Of a stretch of DNA of 64,000 bases, positions 53,101 through 62,100 are shown in pieces. The position numbers and the translations under genes are program-made. The notes below the pieces were generated by a model. It did no database searches, had not been told where the DNA came from, and worked only from the letters and a program-made list of their open reading frames with translations. Within the stretch, counting starts at the first letter, position 1, and each line of letters starts with the position of its first letter. Origin of the DNA: Leucoraja erinacea. Lineage: Eukaryota. The stretch covers positions 10,912,001 through 10,976,000 of the forward strand of contig NC_073411.1 of assembly GCF_028641065.1 (NCBI RefSeq). Reading direction: 5' to 3'.

Positions 53101-56100
53101 AACATGTCCCATCTACACTAGACCCACCTGCCTGCGTTTGGCCCATATCCATCTAAACCTGCCCTACCAATGTACTTGGTCATCCAATCAGTCTGAAGGA
53201 GGGTTTCGGCCCGAAACGTCACCTATTTCCTTCACTCCATAGATGCTGCTGCACCCGCTGAGTTTCTCCAGCATTTTTGTGTACCTACCAATGTACTTGT
53301 CTACATGTTTCTAACAATGTTGCGATAGGTCCCGTTAATATCATAGAAACATAGAAACATAGAAATTAGGTGCAGGAGTAGGCCATTCGACCCTTCGAGC
53401 CTGCACCGCCATTCAATATGATCATGGCTGATCATCCAACTCAGTATCCCGTACCTGCCTTCTCTCTATTCCCCCTGATCCCCTTAGCCACAAGGGCCAC
53501 ATCTAACTCCCTCTTAAATATAGCCAATGAACTGGCCTCAACTACCCTCTGTGGCAGAGAGTTCCAGATTGAAATCCAAATCATATTGAAAGAGCATATT
53601 CCCCAATCACTGATATAAAGTAGCATTGCCATGCAAGGCATTCCTAATTACATAGAAAGCTGTGCACCGATGAGCTACTATGTTGAGAAATGTATCCTAC
53701 ATCTTGCACTCTGTATCTTCCCCTTTGCTTTACCTATTGTACTGGAGGTAGACTTGATTGTATTTGTGTATAATGTTATCTGATCGAGACACAAAAAGCT
53801 GGAGTAACTCAGCGGGACAGGCAGCAAACCTGGAGAGAAGGAATGTGTGACGTTTCGAGTCAAGACCCCCATCTTCTGTCCGCAGAACCGAAGCAGGATC
53901 TCGACACGAAACGTCACCCATTCCTTCTCTCCAGGTTTGCTGCCTCTCCCGCTGAGTTAATCCAGCATTTTGTGTCTTTCTTTGGTTTAAACCAGCATCT
54001 GCAGTTCCTTCCCTCGCTCCGCACTGCACCTCGGTATACATGACAATATTAAACTTAAGTCTAATTCTCAACGAAGTATTAAAACACAGACTCTTACTGA
54101 ATACTAATTGCTTCAAAACAATGAGCGTCTGATAGACCTTGGATTACAGCTAACAAACAGCCAGCCTCCCAAGAACGCCTCGGTCAGTGGTATCAGGAGT
54201 GCACTAAAGCTGCTGATTAAAACTTCGATCTCCTGCTTCTTTAGTTTCTGCTGTTCCTTAACGAGCAAAGCTCTTGCGGGCTTCTGCTTTCCGATCAGCG
54301 CCTGGATGTTTATGCTCAATTGAGCCCCGTGCATCAGATCTGTGAGCAAATGGAAGACTACTCGATTACTATCATCGTGCCTGGGACAAAGACAACAAAA
54401 GAACTGCAGAGTTTAAGAAGGAACTGCAGATGCTGGAGAATCGAAGGTTACACAAAAAAGCTGGAGAAACTCAGCGGGTGCAGCAGCATCTATGGAGCGA
54501 AGGAAATAGGCAACGTTTCGGGCCGAAACCCTTCTTCAGACTGATCGGGGGCGGGGACAAGAAAGGGAAAAGGAGGAGGAGCCCGAAGGCTGGGGGATGG
54601 GAGGAGACAGCAGGGGGGCTGAGGAAGGGGAGGAGACAGCAAGGATGTCAGCAGATCTATATCGGTGAGACCAAGCGTAGGTTGGGTGATCGTTTCGCCG
54701 AACACCTCCGCTCGGTCCGCAATAACCAAGCTGACCTCCCGGTGGCTCAGCACTTCAACTCCCCCTCCCACTCCGTCTCCGACCTCTCTATCCTGGGTCT
54801 CCTCCATGGCCACAGCGAGCAGCACCGGAAATTGGAGGAACAGCACCTCATATTCCGTTTGGGGAGTCTGCATCCCGGGGGCATGAACATCGAATTCTCC
54901 CAATTTTGTTAGTCCTTGCTGGTGCTGGAGTAACTCAGCTGGGCAGGCAGCATCTCTGGAGAAGAGAGAACAGGTCGGGACCTTTCCTCAAGCTGAAAGT
55001 CTGAAATCAGGCGGATCGATATTCCATATCTATATTCTCCAGCGATGCTGCCTGACCAACTGAGTTATTCCAGCACTTTGTGTCTATCATTGGTCTGGGA
55101 CCCTGTTGTGTTCGTGTTACGTACTGGCGCCACTGTTAATGTTAAGAAATCAAAGCCATTCCCATGTGGCTGTAGTCCATCCTTGGTTCCCTCTATGAAG
55201 GCAGCTCTGAACCTTCTGCACAGTAGAAGGAATGGAAGGGTGGACTACTGTCTAAATGTGGAGAGCATTCGGAAATCAGAGGTGCAAAGGGAGTGGTGTA
55301 AGATTCCAAATGGGTTCATTTGCAGTTTGAGTCGGTGGCAATGACAGCAATTGCAATTATTTCAAGCATTCATTTCAAGGGGACTTGAATATAAAACCCA
55401 GCTGAAGCTATATCGGGCGCGGGTGTGGCCACATTTGGAGTATTGTGAGCAGTTTTGGGCCACGTAACTGAGGAAGGATGTGTTGGCTATGGAGAGGGTC
55501 CAGAGGAGGTTTACGAGAATGATCGGGGGATGATTGAGTTAATGTACGAGGAGGGTTTAACGGCACTGGGCCCGTACTCCCTGGAGATAGAAGGATGAGG
55601 GGAAGGGGGGTGGGGGGGGATCTCATTGAAACATACCAAATGGTGAAAGGCTTCGATAGGGAGGACATGGAATGGATGTTTCCAGTCATGGGAGAGTCTA
55701 GTACCAAAGGGCGCAGCCATCAGAATAGAGATGAGGGGGTATTTCTTTGAACCAGAGGATGGTGAATCGGTGGAATTCATTGCCACAGACGGCTGTGCAG
55801 GGCAAGTCATTAACGCAAAGATTGGTAGGTTCTTGATTAGTAAGGGTGGCAAATTGGCAATGGTTAGGGGGGGAGAAGGCAGGAGAATGGGGTTGAGAGG
55901 GAAAGATAGATCAGCCATGACTGAATGGCGGTGTAGACACGATGGGCTGATTAGCCTAATTTTGCTCCTATCACATGAACACGAGTCTTTCCGTGAAAAG
56001 CCATCTCAGCAGCCACCCTGTCACCCCCCCACCCCCACCCCCACTCCCCCAGGTTCTTACATGTTTGAATAAGGACATCCTTATTGTTCCAAACTCCAAG

Positions 56101-59100
56101 CTCACAGACAAGGGTCCTGGCCCCTGTGCAGAACTAGGCTGCCAACACCAGGTGTACAGGCGTTGAAATAGGATGTGGTGGAAGGGGGGGGGGGTAGAAA
56201 GGTGCCCAGGTCCTTAAGTTATAGGAGCAGAATTAGGTCCATTCAGCCCATCAAGTCTATTCCGCCTTTCAATCATGGCTGATCCATCTCTCCCTCTCAA
56301 TCCCATTCACCCGCCTTCTCCCCGTAACCCCTGACACAGATACGATTCAAGAACTTGTCCATTTCTGCCTTGACAATTTCCATTGACTTTGCCTCCACAG
56401 CCGTCTGTGGAGATGCATTCTACAGATTCACCACCCTCTGGCTAAAGATATTCCTCCTCATCTCCTTTCCAAAGGCCTCCTTTCATCGAGCCAGCACCGC
56501 CATTCAATATGATCAGATTCAGATTCAGATTCAATTTTAATTGTCATTGTCAGTGTACAGTACAGAGACAACGAAATGCATTTAGCATCTCCCTTGAAGA
56601 GCGACATAGCAAACGATTTGAATAAAAAAAATAATAAGTGTCCGGGGGGGATGTGGTGATTGGCAGTCACCGAGGTACGTTGTTTAGTAGAGTGACAGCC
56701 GCCGGAAAGAAGCTGTTCCTCGACCTGCTGGTTCGGCAACAGAGAGACCTGTAGCGCCTCCCGGATGGTAGGAGGGTAAACAGTCCATGGTTGGGGTGAG
56801 AGCAGTCCTTGGCAATGCTGAGCGCCCTCCGCAGACAGCGCTTGCTTTGGACAGACTCATGGCAGATCATCCAGAATCAGTGCCCCGTGGCTGCCTTCTC
56901 CCCATATCCCTTGATTCCGTTAGCCCCGAGAGCTCTATCCAAGTCTCTCTTGAGTACATCAAGGGCAATGCTGTACAGAGTGCCCAGTGAGATGGGTCAG
57001 CAGGTCCCCTCACACCAATGTCTACTATTGATAGGGAACCCTGGAGGTAGGAAGCGTTGGCCTCAGCTGCGTACTCACCGATCACAGTCTGCCTGTACGC
57101 GTGTCTGAAGTGGTGGAGGTAATATCTGTTGGCCGATCGACAACCATCCTTCATTGCCCCCGAAAATTTACTCTCTCCGGTTCGAGTGAAGTCACTCTAA
57201 CAAAACAAGCAACACATTTTAGAAACATGGAAACATAGACAATAGGTGCAGGAGGAGGCCATTCAGCCCTTTGAGCCAGCACCGCCATTCATTGTGATCA
57301 TCCCCAATCAATAACCCTTCTCCCCATATCCCTTGACTCCACTAGCCCCTAGAGCTCTATCTAACTCTCTCCTAAATCCATCCAGTGACTTGGCCTCCAC
57401 CGCCCTCTGTGGCAGGGAATTCCACAGATTCACACAACTCTCTGCGTGGAAAAGTTTCTCCTCATCTCAGTCCAAATGGCCACAGATTCACAACTCTCTG
57501 TCTGGAAAAGTTTCTTCTCATCTCCCAAATGGCCACAGATTCACACAACTCTCTGGGTGGAAAAGTTTCTCCTCATCTCAGTCCCAAATGGCCACAGATT
57601 CTCACAACTCTCTGGGTGGAAAAGTTTCTCCTCATCTCAGTCCCAAATGGCCACAGATTCACACAACTCTCTGGGTGGAAAAGTTTCTCCTCATCTCAGT
57701 CCCAAATGGCCACAGATTCTCACAACTCTCTGGGTGGAAAAGTTTCTCCTCATCTCAGTCCCAAATGGCCACAGATTTTGTCTTAGTACACTGATGTCTT
57801 CTGATATTAAACATAACAAGAACACGGAGTCAACGTGTCCCTTGCTCTCCCATATCTAGCCCCTAGACTGTGGACCAGCATCCCTCTTCCCATCAGAACT
57901 GCCCCCTCCATCGACTCCTTAAAGTCGAGACTTAAAACTCATCTTTACTTTCAAGCCTTTCTTGACGTCCTCTGAGGGAGGCTATATGTATGTATTTATG
58001 TATGTACTTAATCTATGAACTAATGTTGTATAACGTTAGTACCTCCACCAATGTAAAGCATTTTGGTCAACGAGAGTTGTTTTTTAAATGTGCTATAGAA
58101 ATAAAAGTGACTTGACTTGACTTGACACTCCGCTAAGACAACAGCTGATCTTTTAGCTCAGTCCCACAGCCCTGCACTAACCCTCTGGCCCCTTAATCCT
58201 GTAGTACCTGAAACGCTAAGGGTTGGGATGAACTTCCATCACGTTCTTTGAAACTGAGCCAAGAGGCTATTCTTTGGGGGGCACAGTGATACAGCGGGTA
58301 GAGCTGCTGCCTCACAGCGCCCGAGACCCGGTTTCGATCCTGGCGATCTGAAGAAGGGTCTCGACCCGAAACGTCACCCATTCCTTCTCTCGAGATGCTG
58401 CCTGTCCTGCTGAGTTACTCCAGCATTTTGTATCTCTCTTCGATTTAACCAGCATCTGCAGTTCCTTCCTACACACATTCATCTTTGGTTCCTTCTATGT
58501 GTAATTTGTATGTTCTCCCTGTGACCGCGTGGGCTTGCTCCGGTTTCCTCCCACATTCCAAAGATGTGCGGGTTTGTAGGTTAATTGGTTTCCTTGAGAA
58601 TTCGCGCAGGCATGTAGAATAGAACTTGTATATGGGTTATTGCTGGTTGGCATGGACTCGATGGGCTGAAGGGCCTGTTTCCATGCTGTATCTCTAAACT
58701 CCGCTGACTAGATAGCAGCAGCAAAAAAGCTTTTCACTGTACCTCGGCACACGTGATAATAAACTAAACTTAGCCTATAAATCTGTACGTCTTTGGAGTG
58801 TGGGAGGAAACTGGGCATCCTGGAAAAAACGCACGCAGCTCATGGCACCCGTAGTCAGGATCGAACCCGGGTCTCTGGCGTAGTAAGGCAGCAACTCTAC
58901 CACTGCGCCACTGTGCCGGCCTCTGATGATAGTCAGTGTAAACACCATTTCCATGCTGGATCACTCTAAGAAATATTGCAGGGCAGAAGGTGGAGCAGTG
59001 GTAGAGTCGCTGCCTTTCAGCGCCAGAGACCCGGGTTCGATCCTGACTACGGGCGCTGTCTGTACGGAGCGTGTACATTCTCCCCGTGAACTGTGTGGGT

Positions 59101-62100
59101 TTTCTCCGGGTGCTCCGGTATTCTCCCACACACCAGGGACGTGCAGGTTTGTAGGTTAATTGGCTTTGGTAAAAATTGCAAATTGTTCCTAGAGTGAAGG
59201 ATACTGCTGGTATACACGGACTCGGTGGGCCGAAGGGCCTGTTTCCGCACTGCATCCCTAAACCAAACTAAACTAAGCGCAGGTTGATGGATTAATTAGC
59301 CTCTGCTAATGGATGAATGAATATTTTGTTGCCTCATGTGACAAGTCACAGTGAGATTCTTTGCTTGCGTAGCTAATGTATCCAAATAGTCACCACATAG
59401 AGGGCGCTTACTGTTACAAAGTACCCCTGGCCAGGTCCCCCTTTGTTCTCCTCCCCTCCTCCTCCCCCCCCCCCCCCCCCCCCACCCAGGGAGGTCCCCC
59501 ATGCAGTTCCTCCATTGTACCTTTCCCTAGTGCATGGATGAGTGGTGAAGAGTTGATCAGTGTGAGATGGTTGGTGAGGTGAGGACAGTTCGAGGAGAGG
59601 AGGTCCTACCTTCATGGCAGCTGTGCCCGCGTACTGCCTGCTGATGGCATCTCCGTTATTCGCCCACATGTTCTGGAACGTTTTCAGACTCTTGTGGGAG
59701 AGGCGGCAGTGTGCGGGGAGGAGGCTGAGCACCTTCAGCTGCAAGAGAGGAGCGGAGGGGAAAAAAATGGAGTTGGGTTGCGGCAAAAAGCCGTGTGTAG
59801 CTCGACACCGCTGAGCCGGAGGACGCGAAACTGAGGGGTGAATAATCCAGATGCATGCTCCCCTCCGCGCACCAACACTGGAACAAGCACCAAGGACAAA
59901 CCCGGAGGACTTCCACCCACAACTACAATGCTATCATTCAACAGGGGCCCACTTGCCATCACTTGTTATCACTTCACTCAGGGGCCCACTTGCCATCGGG
60001 CAAGCTGACACCCTGGCCAGTCCTCCACTGGTTCTAGGAGCATGATGGGCCAAATAACCATGCAGCTGGTCACAATGATGGGGGGGGGGGAGGTGAGCAT
60101 GGGTTAAAGGTTTAGTTTGGGAGGGGAGGGGGGGGGGAATAAAGAGGTTTGGATGGAGAGGGGAGGAAGGGAAGGGAGGACGTGGGGCAAAAAGGAGGAG
60201 GAGCGAGTGAGAGTGAGAAGGACAAGAGTGGAGAGATGGAGGAGGGAGAGGGTTTGGGGAGGGGTGGGGGAGAGGAGGAGAACAGGATCAAGATGGGGTT
60301 TGGGAGGGGGGGGGGGGGGGGGAGCAGAGGCGGCTTTACCTGCTGCTGCCCAGGATGTGGCGGGAAATGGCGGCCTGCACGATGTTGGTGCGATCCAGGC
60401 TGTCCATGCAGTTGGTACGAAACACTCCCTCCTGCTCCATCATCACCACGCCGTTGTGGGCGCTGCAAAACAAAATGGTGGAGACGGCGTAACGGCAGCG
60501 AAGAGTGGCGGATTAGTACGGGGGGGGGGACGGGGAAAGAGAAAGGGGAGACGGTGATGTAACGAGATATGGAACAAGTGAATGAAAAATACACAAAAAA
60601 GTACACGATGATAACAGAGACAGGCCATTGTTAACTGTGGTCTAGGTCAAAACGAGTTACAGACAACGAGACTCAACCAGATGACTTTGAAGCTAGTAAA
60701 CATAGACAATAGGTGCAGGAGTAGGTCATTCGGCCCTTCGAGCCTGCACCGCCATTCAATATGATCATGGCTGATCATCCAACTCAGTATCCCATCCCTG
60801 CCTTCTCTCCATACCCCCTGATCACTTTAGCCACAAGGGCCACATCTAACTCCCTCTTAAATATAGCCAATGAACTGTGTGGCCTCAACTACCTTCTGTG
60901 GCAGAGAATTCAACAGATTCACCACTCTCTGTGTAAAAAATGTTTTTCTCATCTCGGTCCTAAAGGATTTCCCCCTTATCCTTCAACTGTGACCCCTAGT
61001 TCTGGACTTCCCCAACATCGGGAATAATCTTCCTGCATCTAGCCTGTCCAACCCCTTAAGAATTTTGTAAGTTTCTATAAGGTCCCCCCTCAATCTTCTA
61101 AATTCTAGCGAGTACAAACCGAGTCTATCCAGTCTTTCTTCATATGGAAGTCCTGCCATCCCACGAATCAGTCTGGTGAACCTTCTCTGTACTCCCTCTA
61201 TGGCAAGAATGTCTTTCCTCAGATTAGGAGACCAAAACTGTACGCAATACCTGTACTCCAGGTGTGGTCTCACCAAGACCCTGTACAACTAGGGTAAAAC
61301 AACTAGGGTGAGGGAGGGATGGAGAGAGAGGGGATGCAAGGGTCACTTGAAGTTAGAGAAGTCAATATTCACACCACTCGGTTGTAAGCTGCTTAAGCAA
61401 AATATTGCCATAGAGGGAGTGCAGAGAAGGTTCACCAGACTGATTCCTGGGATTTCAGGACTGTCTTATGAAGAAAGACTGGATAGACTTGGTTTATACT
61501 CTCTGGAATTTAGGAGATTGAGAGGGGATCTTATAGAAACTTACAAAATTCTTAAGGGGTTGGACAGGCTAGATGTAGGAAGATTGTTCCCGATGTTGGG
61601 GAAGTCCAGGACAAGGGGTCACAGCTTAAGGATAAGGGGGAAATCCTTTAAAACCGAGATGAGGAGAACTTTTTTCACACAGTGAGTGGTGAATCTCTGG
61701 AACTCTCTGCCACAGAGGGTAGTTGAGGCCACAGTTCATTGGCTATATTTAAGAGGGAGTTAGATGTGGCCCTTGTGGCCAAGGGGATCAGAGGGTATGG
61801 AGAGAAGGCAGGTATGGGATACTGAGTTGGATGATCAGCCATGATCATATTGAATGGCGGTGCAGGCTCGAAGGGCCGAATGGCCTACTCCTGCACCTAT
61901 TTTCTATGTTTCTATGATGAGGTGCTGTTCGAGTGTAGATGGGACATGTTGGCCAGTGTGGGCAAGTTGGGCCTGTTTCGATGCTATGTGGCTGTACGCC
62001 TACATGTAATGCTCACCTGAACCATCGCTGATCGCTGATGATGTTGCTAATTCCTTCAGTCAGGAGCTCCACGTTTTCAAACCGCCGGCCCTGGCTGCAC

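Noticed and set aside
57422-57777. CRISPR-like regular repeat and ORFs in three frames
   Set aside because: No unique spacers; eukaryotic context; the unit derives from CR1.
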